Positions 27,801-40,773 of a stretch of 64,000 nucleotides of DNA are shown here, piece by piece. Both the position numbers and the translations under genes were made by a program. The stretch comes from Takakia lepidozioides (taxonomy: Eukaryota; Plantae; Bryophyta). The first letter of the stretch is position 1; every line of letters begins with the position of its first letter. A model generated the notes under the pieces. The model saw only the letters and a program-made list of their open reading frames with translations. It was not told where the DNA came from and searched no databases. Location of the stretch: positions 38,254,001 through 38,318,000 of the forward strand of contig CM060731.1 in NCBI GenBank assembly GCA_030704615.1, given 5' to 3'.

Positions 27801-28330
27801 ATGTCTTAAAGTTAAAGCTCTAGTATGCACTAGGGCACACATGCAAAAGTAAAATGGACCAAATCAACTTTCATGGACTAAAAGTTATCAAACCACTTAT
27901 GGTCTACCAAGGATACCCAAATCAGACAAACACTTTGCTTCCGCTATGCTCAATACACGGGCAACCAATGTACACATATGTTAATATAGCGATAAGAAAG
28001 AGGAACGACAACGTAAGGCTGAGCGGAGGGACCGCGAGGCTTTACGTTTGTCAAGGTCATCAAGTACAACTACCAATGAGGTGTCTGGTCATATCTTACA
28101 TCAATCTCCCACTGTATCCATCTCCTCGAGCGCACAGAATTCTGCCATCAGTGATAACCGACGGCGATCTCGAACATATGCGTTGAGTGTGAGCCATTTG
28201 GGAAGCAACTCTGTGTTATTGATAAATTAAACTATGGCCGGCTTGTTCATTACACACATACGTTATTTAACTCTGTCAATGTTATGCCAGACCCTTTCGG
28301 CTGTAATGTTAGTCATCGAAGTTTGAAAGA

Positions 28331-29300
28331 AACCACGCGCGATCGCGCGTGGTTCCTTCATATATCCTCTTGTGGAGCTAGCATGGATCAGCACTGCCAT
28401 CAGATGTTATCAAAACAAGTTGACATTGTCAGTTTAAGCAATAACAGATAAGGAGGCTGGAGGAGGTTGGAGGAGAATAAATTTTCCGATGTTTTCATAT
28501 TACGATGGGGAACAAGTGACACAATCATCGTCTATGACTGAATTCGGGTTCCTATCTCATAATTCAAGCTCCCACGATGGTCGTCTCATTTGTTCCTGAG
28601 CGGATTGTGAAGCTCTGTTAAAATCTCTCTTCAAATGGATTGAAGTAATTTTGGCTGCTTCGAAATTCCTTCCCTGACAAACTGATGGCACCATTGTGGT
28701 TGATTGAAATCTGGATGCACTCGGCTCTTTGGGGTTCTCAATAGTGGTAGAGGCAGAGATCTGTCGCGCGATCACTCGTGGTTCGAAAAGCGGAATTCAG
28801 CATCGTCCTGGTTCTCCAGCCGACTGCCAAAGTGTTATATTACCTCAACAGTGCCACATGTGATTGGTCGGAGTGATGTTTTTTCTATGCTCACGTATTC
28901 AACAACGAAAATGTTGTCATTTGAAAATGTGATGATTATACAAGCATAGTGAGTTACTTCAGGTCAATTACATCGAGGGAACTCAAGGTATTCGGATATT
29001 CCGTCCCGGAATATTTCACACCATCATCCTGGATGAATCATTGATGTGTTTCAGAACACGCACTCAAATCATCCAGGCTGATGGTGTCATTTGTTCCTTG
29101 GCGGATTGTTCAAGTATCCTATAATCCTAGTCTTTAAGTTGTTTGAAGTCATTCTCCCTGCTTGCATAATCCGATCTCCAACAATTAACAACATCCTCAT
29201 GGTGTTTTATTTGGTTCCTATATCATTCGTTTGGAGATCCATTATTCTTTTGAGGAACACCAACGATTAACATCGCGCGATCACGCGTGCTTTTGTAAGA
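28331..29300. repeat. Degenerate ~430-510-bp repeat units marked by a CGCGCGATC(G/A)CGCGTG palindrome, plus a fold-back
   Basis: Perfect 24-bp palindrome AACCACGCGCGATCGCGCGTGGTT at 28331-28354, with variants at ~28763 and ~29272. ~28585-28650 resembles ~29086-29150. Hairpin at 29018-29087. Confidence 0.55.
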
Positions 29301-31383
29301 GCTGACATGTTCTGATGTCCATCATTGCACACCAAAATGGTATTACGAGGAGGCAGAATGTCAGCAATTGAACATCAATCTCCAGCGACATTCTCGTCGT
29401 GTTCATGTGGACTGGACGCCAAAGGATGAACACCGTCGCTAACAATCTGTGTAAACAATCTCAACAATCATATGTACTTCAAGGTGCTTGATACTTCGTA
29501 TGTTCATGTAGCTGATTTCTATAGGAGTCTTTTTGCTATTCCTATTCCAACAACATCAGGTCCACTGAGACTGCCATATTCTGAAATCGGAATCAGGCAC
29601 CACCTACATGAAACCATGAGCTAAGAATGAAATCTCCAGTTCATTCAATCACAGCCCGGAGAAATATCTCAAGCTGCTGGCCAACTACTTGTGGGCTAGG
29701 GTGTTTCTCTGGAGTCGCATACAATGAATCGAAGATCTAGTTCTCAGCTGACATGTAGCTGATGGTTTTATATTGGTCAATGATGGTGGGCCGTGGCTGA
29801 TACGGGAGTTTGAATATGACAGTCTCTAGGGACCTGATATTGTTCGCATGGGAATAGCAAAACGACTATTATACAATTCAGCTACAGGCAATAATATCAA
29901 ACACCTAGCAGTAAATAGGATTTTTGACATTGCTTGTGACAGCTCCAATCAGTTAGTTGGTGGTTAGTCAGTTGGAGATTATTTAGTTGGTGATCAGTTT
30001 ACGAGTGCTTTACAGTAAATCTTCAGAAGCACCACAACCCGTCACAGATGAACCTCGACTGGTCACCCGACACTATTTCCTTGAAGATTTCGCAGAAAAC
30101 GTTACTCTCTCCATCAACGTACTCGACACCGAGCCACTCTCCAGAAGCATACGAGCAGCATACTTACTCCCTAATTGGATACTTTCAGCATCTTACTCCA
30201 GGGTCAGTTACTTGGACATTATGTTTTGAAGAGCATACGAGTAATTCATCATCTTCGCGATTCACTGAAAGTCTGCAAGACCACCAATTCTTCAAGAAGT
30301 ACAGTTGAACTTCGGTCGCACAAGACATTGTTGGTTGACGTAATATTGGAGGATATTTTTTGTGAGGTCATCACCATATCAACGATTCTCGAGACAGCAT
30401 TTCAAGGACTTTTTCCATCTTCTGCTGACGAAAACCTTCGGAACAACGGAAGAATACAGATTTGAAAATGGTCCCTCCAACCTTGTCAAAATATCGTGAT
30501 TTTGGGAAATGACTTTCCCCAAAATATTTTCATTATAAAGTATGTCGGCCGACATCGTCTTGTGCTAACGGAGTTCAGCCCTCTTTCTAGAAGTTGATAC
30601 TCTCATTGACATGGTTTACGTTACTTGTATTGGTCCATGCCGCATGGGGCGAGACTTACTCAAATTGACATGGTTCTGAAATAAAACCTGATTGTTTATC
30701 ATCAGTGTCTCCCCATTGTCTTTCATTTCATTTTATGGTATTGTGTCATTGTGCCATGTTTTGCTCATATATTTGATTGATTTGTCTTGTACGTTACATA
30801 GTAACGGCCTTCGTAAGCTCAGTCACGATTACAAATATGACTGGTGCTCCAATCATCTATCAGGCTGCGGATCATGAAGCGAGTTTTCACCCGAGACCCG
30901 TTTTTTTTAATTTATTTTTTAATGTAATGGAAACACCTGGGAGCGACAGCTCACAAATCAGGCCCCTTTAATAATATAACCTCTTTCACAATAACCCCAC
31001 CATGTGGCATTGGAATGGGACACCACCCAGGAACATACCACACTCGTCAGTAGCAAGATTTGACCCCATAATCATCTGGGTGGCACTCAGTGTACTTCAC
31101 CAACTGAACTACTGACTGTTGGTAGCTCATTCAACTCTTACTAATCGTCGAATGAACAATGGAACTTGCTTTATGAGCCAAATAGAAACTGTTTTTTCTC
31201 TTGAAGTTTATACATAATGTTTCTTTATTGCTCATATTATATATTAATAGACAAAAAATTATTTATATCTTTATATTTATACTTTAAATTATCCATTTAA
31301 ATTCATTTAAATGATTTAAAAAATACATATTCAGATATTTCTCCTTATTTCTGGACCAAACTTTAGTCCAAATTTACTTAAAA

Positions 31384-32463
31384 TTGTGTTTTTCATCAGG
31401 CTGTCAATGGACGACCAAGGGAATTATTTTTCAGTCAAGGTCTCTGAAGACACATCATACACAACATGTTATTACTGTGGATTATCTGGTCATCTCAGAT
31501 CAAACTGCCCTAAAGCAAAAAAAGAAAAGGATGGGTAAAGTTCAGGATGGCTGCAGGCAATCACAGGACGGAACCGGTCAGTCACCCCTTCGTCAAAACC
31601 CTGCACTAGTTTCAGACTCCCACCCTCAACCAGTGTCAGTGCCTTTTAAAAATTGTCCTCCAGCAACAACATATGTCCAAGCCAGGCCTAGCCAAAGTCC
31701 AAATTACCAGGCTTGGGACTATGCAGTCAAGCAGGTCTCTAACTCCCCTCCTACCGAAAGAAGGAAAGCGCTACTGGATCCGATGCTAATTGAGGCAAGC
31801 AATGCCCCCTGCTTTCAGCTTCCATTCACCACTTGGACATCGGCAAAACTACCAGAGGAATCAGGCATCAAAGGCAACTCGGGCTCATCATCTTCTAACA
31901 TCCTCTTGGAGCAATCCCCACCACCTGCTCCTCTGCCAATGTCAAGTCTGATCTCATGGGAATTGGAAATGGCAAAAATACACGGCAAGCATGCCACCTC
32001 GGGCAACATTCTTAATGGATTGCCAGGCCAGCAGACCCCTGATAACCCTCAGCAGGTCCCTCGGGAGATTCTACACCACTCACCAATAGCGCACAACCCA
32101 CTCACGGCAAACATCTGTGCAAACCTTTGCTCATTTCCCCAACTGCCCCTCAAAGGCTGCTCCCAACTTGCTTTGAGAAGTCATCCCTCCAGCCAAAACC
32201 CGGTGGCTACCTGCCTCACGCCATTGATCTTTCGTAAGCATCCACACCCGACATTCTTGGTGACAGGCAGAGACAACATGAACTTTGATTCGATATGGAT
32301 CTCAGTACGTGATGTTCAATCCTTCATCTCCAAGAGCCCAATGGACAGCAGCCCAATTCCTACATTATGCAACAAAATAAATGACTACTTCCACGCTAAC
32401 CTCCCATTATACTCTGACCTCTCTCCCATCCACTTTGACAGTCACCTGGGGAGCATACTCTGA
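31384..32463 (+). other. Pro/Ser-rich ORF upstream of the LINE endonuclease; possible decayed ORF1 or 5' part of the LINE
   Basis: 359-codon ORF on the same strand just upstream of the LINE ORF2. No domain recognised. Confidence 0.3.
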
Positions 32464-33045
32464 GGCGTTTCCAGGCCTTTGTGATGACCTCACCCCTAAC
32501 ACTCACATTCTGGCTATCATAGCGAACCTGCAGTTCACAACGCTCTTCTACCTTCCCCAACACCTGCTCCAGCTGCATCCCTCCCGCTCTCTGTGAGTCC
32601 CCTATCCCCTGCTTGGTCCATTCCTATTTTGTTTTTCCATGTCAATCCTAAACTCCGTAGCAAATGCAAAATCATATGCCTCTGACCTATCATTTCTCTC
32701 CCATCCTCTTGGAAGATCCTACCCTCCATAACCTACCCGCCCTTGCAAGACGATTTTGCTCGAATCCTAGGTCCTCACAACCTACCTCTCCAGTCTCCAA
32801 TTTCCATTAAGACATCGCTATTGCACACTGGAAGATTCATACCTTTAAACTGCTCGGGTATCCCTCTCAACATTTCTCTCAGTACCCCAGTCATATTTGT
32901 CCACCTCATCAAACCAATTTACACTGCGACCATCAGCCACTTCTGGTCACCCTCCTTTATTCTGTCCGACAAATGAATTAGATTCCGATTCTTCGCATCT
33001 AGGCCATCAAATGAGTCAAGTCCCTTAGCCTGTCGCCAGCCCTAT

Positions 33046-35607
33046 ATGCAGGTTAGTTTATCCTCCTGGAATATCCAGGGCCTCGGTTTGGATCAGATGG
33101 CTCTAAAGAAAATTAAGCTATCTGCCTGGCTGAGACCATTGCTCCCCTCTCTCTCTATTGTCTTTCTTCAGGAACACAAACTATGCGATAGGAAAATTAG
33201 AAACCTTACAAACCAATTCTGGCCTAAAGATTCAGCTCTTTGGAAACCCTCCTATGAAGGCTCAAGGGGAGGCACAACCATCCTCCTCTCGCCCTCCCTA
33301 AAGTAGTTTCTCATTAAAGACGAAGTCTGGGAGGAAGGGAGAGTGCAGTTCTGCTCTCTCCTCTTTCCCAATGACTCTGAGCCAATTGGCTTCATTAACA
33401 TTTATGCCCCAAATGAACCAGCTCCTAGAGCCGCACTTTGGGACAAAATTTGCTAGATAATGTCTCAGCATATCGACATCAGCAGATGGGTCATGGCTGA
33501 AGACTTCAATATGGTAGAAAATGAATGCGATAGGAAAGGCAGAGGCCCCCACCACCTCAGCCCAGAGGAAGACTTATCCTGACAATGTCTGATGCAAACT
33601 CACAGCCTAGCAGAAATAGACCGTCCGCCGCTACATCCCGCAGGCACCTCCCCGTTCTTCACTTGGACCAACAACAGAGATGTCAATGATCTTAGCATGG
33701 CTAGACTGGATAGATTTTACACCTCTCTCTCACTATCACCAGCCACCTTCTCCTGCCCCTAGGAACCCATACCCCTTGGTTTCGATCATGCTCTCATCTC
33801 AGCCATTCTCAAGCTTCCTAACTCTCATCCCAGAGGAAGAGGAGTCTACAAGCTTAATTCTTCCCACCTCAAAATACCATCATTCGTGGAAAGCTTAAAG
33901 ACAGCATGGTTGGCCTCTGGCAATCTACTCCATTGCACAATTGCTAGATTCCAAGAAAAGGTAGCAGCGGTATGCAAGGTTAGCCAGTCCCTCAGCCAGG
34001 AGATAACAGCCTCTCAGAAAAGAAAGTCCCAAGCCCTTCAAAAATGTTTGGGGATTTTCCAGAAAAAGATTGAGGCCCGCTCTTGCGATGCACACACATT
34101 TCAAACCTATCCAGAGGCAAGATACAACCTGGACCAATTCAATCTCCTCAAGGAAAAGCAAACGAAGATGCAAGCAGGCATAAACTGGTCAACCAAAAGA
34201 GAAAAGATGTCCAAATACTTCTTCCAAAAGTTGAAACTCCGTAGGGCAAGCCAAGCCATTTCCGAACTCTACACAGACCCTCTTCAAACCTCCTCTTCTT
34301 CTGTTCCTAGGAAAATGTGCGATGCTGCTTTCAACCACTTTTCCTCGTTGTTTCATGCCTATCCACAAGATCACCTCTTCCTGGACAGACTCAGGGATTG
34401 CCTCCGAACCATCCCTCAGTCTCTTCATGCAGAAAATAGTGAGGAGCTTGGAAATGACTTTGAGCCCCAAGAGATAGAGAAAGCCCTCAAAACCATGAAC
34501 AACAACAAGGCTCCAAGGCTTGATGGCATGCCTGTGGTGTTCTATAAGGCACAGTGGTCCTCCATCTCTAAAGACTTCTGTGATATGGCCAACGCCATTA
34601 AGGGACAAGGCTTCATGCCTGAGGCCATGAACCAAGGCATTATTACCTTGCTCTACAAGAAAGGGGATATGGAATCACTTATCAACTACAGGCCAATCAC
34701 TCTCCTCAACATCGCAGACATAATTATAGCCAAGACACTAGCTCTGAGGCTTCAGCCCCTTCTCCCCTCCATGATCAGGACAAGACAAGCTGGCTATGTT
34801 AAAAGCAAATTCAATCTGGACAATGTCCTTCTGGCCCAAGAAGCTTCGGCTTATGCTGCCAGCTTTGGCCAAGCACTGGCTCTTTGGCTGATAGATTTTG
34901 AAAAGGCCTTTGACAGAGTGGACTGGTCCTTCCTCATGGCAGTTCTAAAGAAGTCAGGTCTTCCCCCCAGCTTCTGCCGATGGGTGCAAATCCTGCTGCA
35001 AGGATCCACCAGCAGGGTCTCTAGTAATGGTCACCTTTCCAAGCCCTTCCAGCTCCAAAGGTCAGTGAGGCAAGGTTGCCCACTCGCTCCATTCCTCTTC
35101 CTTTTTGTGGCAGATGCTTTAGGCTATATGCTAGAGGACAACCCTCAAGTTAAAGGGCTTAAGCTGCAAAATCCCAGAACTAGCATTTGGCGATAGGTAA
35201 AGGACTCTATGTTCGTAGATGACACTTTCTTTCTTATTGAGGCTAACCAGTCATCCTTGGAAGTGGCGGCGGATACCCTGTCCAGCTTCTGCAGTGTTTC
35301 AGGGTTCAAAGTAAATTGGAGCAAGAGTAAAGCCCTTCTTTTGGGTGACCTCTCCAAATCTACCATAGGAAGCAATCCATCTTGGGGCGCCCACCTAGGA
35401 CTAACTTGGCTCAAGGAAGGTGAACCCACTACATTGCTAGGTCACTCATTTGGTATAAATTTAACAGATAACCAGAGATTGGAGGCCACGGTGAAGAGAC
35501 TCAAGCACCAGCTTTCTTACTGGGGCTCTTGCCATCTCTCCATCGCTGTAAGAGCTCTGGCCGCCAACCAAATCATCCTAGCGGGTATCTGGTATTTTGC
35601 ATCTACC
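33046..35607 (+). mobile_element. L1-clade LINE ORF2, 5' part (AP endonuclease + reverse transcriptase), decayed, interrupted by a MULE
   Basis: EN motifs SWNIQGLG, VFLQEHKL, INIYAPN, EDFN and RLDRFY. RT motifs NYRPITLLN, IDFEKAFDRVDW, SVRQGCPLAPFLF, MFVDD and SGFKVNWSKS. Contains stops and frameshifts, and ends abruptly at WYFAST. Confidence 0.93.
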
Positions 35608-35800
35608 CAACGACGCTACCGCGTGAGCCCGACGCGTGAGTGTGTGAGCGTATGCTCACACAACGATGACGTGGCGTGAGCCTGGTCCAGGTCATGCCAC
35701 GTCACCACAAAGAAGGTGGGCCTATAACCGTGGAGCCCCCAACTGCTGATTTCACCACATGAAGGTGAAACGGATGAAGGGTTTTGGGCTTTCCTGGAGT

Positions 35801-36036
35801 TCAACCTTCTGTTAACAGGAGCTTCATTTCGTAGAACTGAAATGAACCTTGTGTTGACACAAGGGGGATTTGGAGAACTTCAAGTAAACCTCGTGTTAAC
35901 ACGAGGTTGTTTTCCTGGAACAAAAATGAACTTCGTGTTGACACGATGTTGTTTTCTGAGAACTAAAATCAACCTTGTGTCGACACAAGGGGGATTTGGA
36001 GAACTTCAAGTAAACCTCGTGTTGTCACGAGGTTGA
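35801..36036. repeat. Subterminal array of six palindromes at exact 42-bp period
   Basis: AAC(C/T)T(T/C)GTGT-NN-ACAC(A/G)AGGTT-type units start at 35803, 35845, 35887, 35929, 35971 and 36013. Units 2-3 are repeated as units 5-6. Confidence 0.9.
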
Positions 36037-36216
36037 TTTGATCATCTGTCTATCTGAAGGTAGTTTCTTGTGTTTGCTAATGAAAAGAGAATGACAAACC
36101 AATGCGACAAATGCATTGACCCACGCATAGCAAAGATGTTAGACGACATACATTGAGAGACACTAGACTTGAACAGTCATTCCATTACAAGTTGTAGTCA
36201 AGGAAAACACAAATTT

Positions 36217-39200
36217 TTATGGGGTTGTATCCTGCTGTAGAAGTGTGTTGACTTTGTTGAAACTCATAGTGGCTTGGTGAATGAAGAAGTCGCGCTTTGG
36301 ATCACAAACCATCCTTCTCAAGAAGACGAAGTAAAGGTGTTTGCACGGTATGAACTTCCCTCTCTTTCCCAAACTACTTGAAAGCATACCAACAAAATCA
36401 GGACATATACAATTGGGAAAATTGGAAACAGTGATATCGTACGTCCTGTCCTGCAGCGCAGATGCGGATGAGATCATGGTGAAGACCCGACCATACCCTG
36501 GATCAGGCACTTCCATTGTTCCCGCAACACGAGCGTGAAGCATTCTGGCGGACTCAATTTTGCCGTAGTGTTCTGCGGTTGGAGGGAATCGTCGAACCAG
36601 CTTCCCATTCCGTCTAGTTGGCCACAAGTGAGCGTCAGGCGGAGGTACCCGTGAACCGCTTCTACTTGAAGCACCTTCACGCGCAATGGAATGTCTAGCT
36701 AGGGAGAAACCCGCCTCTTCCAGCATTGTGATCTCTCGGTGAGTGAGACCTGTGCCCATCTTCACAGGCCACACGGTTGGTGGAGTAGGCTTCCTTACCA
36801 CGGAAGGCCTCACTGTCCCATGCACACATCTCCCACAATCGTCAGCGCAGAACCAGAATGTCGCGGCCCTTTGCCTTGAGGGCAGGGAGGTCGGGACACA
36901 AGAGGGGCTGCCCCTGTGGTGGGGGCAGTAGCAGCGATAGGTACGGGGGCTGAAGCACCCTTGAGTGCCCAAGGCACTCAAGGAGGCGGAGGCGCTCACT
37001 AGGTGGAGCCCCGCACACCGGGTTGCGGTGGGGGTGGCTCCACAAGGGGTGGTGGTAGCTTAGTGGGACTTAGTGGGGGTGGCATAGGACTCACCATGGG
37101 GGTGGAGACCTCGTGGTGGGAGTCGTGGGGAGTCTTGGGACTCATCACGGTCCATAGGGGCCGTGGTGAGCGGGCCAAGACTCACCGCGACTCACCACCG
37201 GGAATCGAGGGTCTTCGTGGTGGTTCGCCATAAAATGGCATGGCTGGTTGTGAAACCCCCGCGGACAGCTACAGAAGTATATATAGGGAGTAGTAACCCC
37301 GAGAACGGTGCAAGCCCGTTGGTGACCAAAAGCTAGTGAGTAAGCGAGCGAGCCGGAAAGCGACCAAAGAGTGGGGAGCTGTTCCGGACTGCCATCTACC
37401 AAAGGGAATTCTCCTAGTCCCAATTAGGTGGAGGGTTTTAGAGGGAATCGAAAGGGGACCGTTATGTCCCGGTGAGCAGCCGAAGCTCCAAGTTGGCCCG
37501 GGCGGCCAGGTTGGGAGTCAGGCGCGCGCATCAAAGCGAGTAACTATGACTTGAAGGGGAGTTTACCGAAGTGAGGTGCGCGACACAGAACTTGTGGTTC
37601 TTTGCCTCGCCTTGTCCGTAAGGGAGAAACAAACCCGTGAATGTAGGAGCTGCAGTGCGTTCTTTCCCTCTGGATATTAATGATGTACATTTTTCATGAT
37701 TGGTGGCCCTGATCGCCGCGCATTTCACACGCGATCCAGCACTTGGGCGTTCTATATGCCAGACCTCGTCCAAGCCCATGGACTCGATTATATGCGACAC
37801 CACGTTCTGGTCTTCAACCATTGCAGTGACAGTGCTTGATGCAGGGGTCCGCTCCGGGGCAGAGTAGCCCTCACCTGTGGATGTTCCGCAATTCCATCTC
37901 TGATCCAAGGGAACACGTGGCGTCAAGAAGTTCACCCTGTCCACCTTATGGGAATCTGCATCCGATCCCGGAGGGGTGTCCAATTTCAGTTTGCAAGACC
38001 CGAATCTCTCTCTCGCCTTCCAGATGGAGAACTCTTCCCACAAGAGGGGTGCCATCTGCACATATGCTCACGGCCCGCGCTATTTTGCTGGGATCCCCTG
38101 ATCTTCCAGCTGCCCGCAACATCAATTCGCTCCTGTCCGGGCCTTTGCCACCAAGGCCACCCCTAAAAAATGACCTGTATCTGGTTTGCTGCTGCAGAGC
38201 ACGAATAAGGTCATCGGCCGTCGCCGCATACAAATCTCTTCCTTTTTTGCCAGATTGCTGCAACCATGCATTGTGCACTGTCTCCGCAAGATTGCAAGAA
38301 GGCATGTCCGCCATCTCCTCAATGGACATATGCTGCAAGGCAAAAAAACACAAAACCGATATAAGGATTGGACCATGAAACATATATCCGAAGCACCCAA
38401 ACGAAGGTGAATGCAAACCACTCACCGTTGTCATGGCCGCTCCCCACTGTCGGTAACGGAAGTGCCAAAATGCGAACCAGTCTTGCAGTGCCCTCATGCT
38501 GTCCTCCGATGCTGCTCTAGAAGAGTACCACCAGGCACGAATTGTCTGGAATAATGTATTCGCTTCCCCCATAGTTTTGGCGTCTTTGTACTGTTTGCAC
38601 AGTTGACGATGCATAGTCTGCATATCTGGCTTGATGTATGTCTTTGTGTGTTTGTCCAGGGATTGTGTCCAATGGAAAAGACACATACGTTCTCTTCCAA
38701 GCATTGGCACTTTTGGATCTCCCGTCCCGAACACAATGCGGACAACGTTGAAGTTAGCTTGAGCACTATCGGCCATGAAACCAACGAAATTGGGAGATGG
38801 GAGACCATTGGAGGCCATAACACGAATGAGAGCTTCCCACATGAGCTGTTGTGAATCTGTGTCCTCTGACTGCATGTCACACACTGCAATTGTCATGACC
38901 CACTGGTACACAGGGTCGTAAACATGACATGCCATTGTGGTCCAGTCTTTAACCCTCTTGACATGATCGAACTTAAGGAAGCAGTTGCCAAGATCGCCAC
39001 CCTTCTGCATACGTTTAACCAGGCTGACCCCGCTGCCCTCACCTTTTGTGGACATTTTGAACAAGAACACTTTCCTGGCTCCTTGTCCCGGGAAAACGCT
39101 GTCTTGGATGTAGTCGTACATGCTCCTTTTCTTCAAATCCATAATATTGTCCATATAACCTCGGCTCCCAGAGCCCATTCTTAAAGCGTTCACCTGATTC

Positions 39201-39232
39201 CTAATGTTTGGAGAAGTCAAAGTTGAGAAATG
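36217..39232 (-). pseudogene. MULE transposase, catalytic DDE domain and C-terminal SWIM zinc finger
   Basis: FDHVKRVKDWTT (D), FMADSAQAN (D), CLFHW (Mutator CxxH), CNLAETVHNAW (E) and SWIM FPNCICPDF...IPCKHLYFVF. Intron ~38334-38425 and frameshifts downstream of ~38000. Confidence 0.85.
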
Positions 39233-40644
39233 GTAGTTTAGAAGGATTGCTACAGAATCCGCAGGCATTTGGTGCCATGTAGAAGGAACTGACCAATGGC
39301 CAGATCTTTGAGGGAGCTAGGCAGTGCAGCAGACAATGTTCCAAAGTTTCTACCAATTGATTGTTGCAACATCTGCAAAGCAGAGCCTCTAGAAAGTTCA
39401 AATAGTGGCCCACTTTAAGAACCCTATTAGCTACCTGCCATAGGAAGGCACTTAATTTTGCCGGTTTTGATTTGCTCTAGACCACTGACCATATTCATTT
39501 CCAGTTCTCTTGATCAAAGTTCTCATGGCTCCATTTCCGTTCCCATTTTGAGGTTAGAGGCTTGGCTGCCAACATTGCCATGTAACCCTTCTTTGCAGTA
39601 TATGAAAAGAAGGGTTGTAGCCTCCTCCTCAAATGACCAAGACCATTCCGCCGGGTCCAACTAGAGGGAGGTTATGTCCGAATTCCCCAACAGGATGAAA
39701 GCCTGTTTTTTGAGCCAAGCTTGAATGGAGGATCCCATGGGTGCCTTGGGGTTGAAGGGTTTACTGGGGTCAGACCATTGACAGATGCGGACAGGGGCTG
39801 TACTGGCTGAACCAAGAGCTGGAATGGAGATTGGGTTAGTTGAGATGAGTGAGAGGCACCCTGTTGTGTCATCTGCCTGGAAAGACTACCTTGGAATGCT
39901 GAAGATGGTGACTTCTGAAATATAGAGAGCATGGTTGGGTATGGAAGAGTCAGGCATAATCCACTGGTGGGGTCTAGGGAGTCCAGGGCTGTCTTTAAGA
40001 ATCTGTTTCCAAGAGTCGGGTATTGAGTGAATTATGTGGGTGATGCACCAACGGAGGCGGAGAGTTCCCAAAGCCTATTGAAGGGATTGTGGAGTACTAT
40101 TCCATAGGTCTTTAATTGAGAAAAACCCTCTTGACTCCCAAACTGCCCATCACTTTGCTGCCCGTCGTTCTTCTCTATCCGGGTTTGGTTGATTGAGAAA
40201 GAGGCCTTGTCTTTGAGTTTCTTGAAAGGTGATGGGCTGTTGTTTTCTGAGAAAGGGCCTGAGGCTATTCCATGACCTCCAGATGGAGGACCATAGGGGG
40301 GGACCTATGGATTTGTGCCCAAACCCCTGGACTATCCAGCGAGTAGATTGTGGCCAGAGAACCGAGGTCGAGGGCGAGGAGGAGCAGATGGATGGGGTGA
40401 CCATGAATTTCCACCAGCCTCCCTCTGGTCCTAGGTATCTTGGGAGCCACTTCCCTAATAGCGCTTTGATTTGTGTCTCTAGGTCAAGGACTCCTAAGCC
40501 ACCCATCTTTTTGGAAAGGCAAATCTGTTCCCAAGAGACCTATGGCTTTTTGTTCTGGGAAGTTGAGGCAGCCCCCCAGATGAAGTTCCTGATCAACCTT
40601 TTAACTTCCTTGATTATTTTGTTGTCAGGCCCCCAGGTAGATGC
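39233..40644 (-). mobile_element. L1 LINE ORF2, 3' part (post-RT and zf-RVT region), inverted
   Basis: Minus strand starts GCATCTACC-TGGGGGCCT (AST-WGPD), directly continuing WYFAST at 35607. It then reads RNFIWG, VSWEQICLSKKMGGLGVLDL, KALLGKW and the zf-RVT-like CRCC...ETLEHCLLHC. Confidence 0.9.
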
Positions 40645-40747
40645 GGGGAATGCTTGCGCGTGAGCCTGGCCGCGTGAGCCTGTGAGCGTGGCTAGGCTCA
40701 TGCCACATCAGCAAGCATCCACGTGTTCAGGCCCTATTTCCGTGCTT

Positions 40748-40773
40748 CCCCCCCCCCCCCCCCCCCCCCCCCC
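40748..40773. repeat. C26 homopolymer near MULE terminus B
   Basis: Run of 26 C. The equivalent position near terminus A (~35736) has only C5. Confidence 0.9.

Larger units (their letters stand above)
35608..39232 (-). mobile_element. Mutator-like (MULE) DNA transposon, left segment (terminus A, palindrome array, transposase 3' half)
   Basis: Begins immediately after the TSD GCATCTACC (35599-35607). Terminus CAACGACGCTAC-CGCGTGAGCC...CGCGTGAG..TGTGAGCGT aligns in register with the terminus at 40645. Confidence 0.85.

Noticed and set aside
35801-36036. CRISPR-like array, or coding repeat ORF 35842-36036
   Set aside because: The spacers are themselves repeated (126-bp higher-order unit), and the ORF is a by-product of the 42-bp period.
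37946-39268. 440-aa ORF as a complete gene starting MPADSVAILLNYH
   Set aside because: The first ~12 codons are inverted LINE sequence across the breakpoint, and the ORF reads through an intron and ends after a frameshift.
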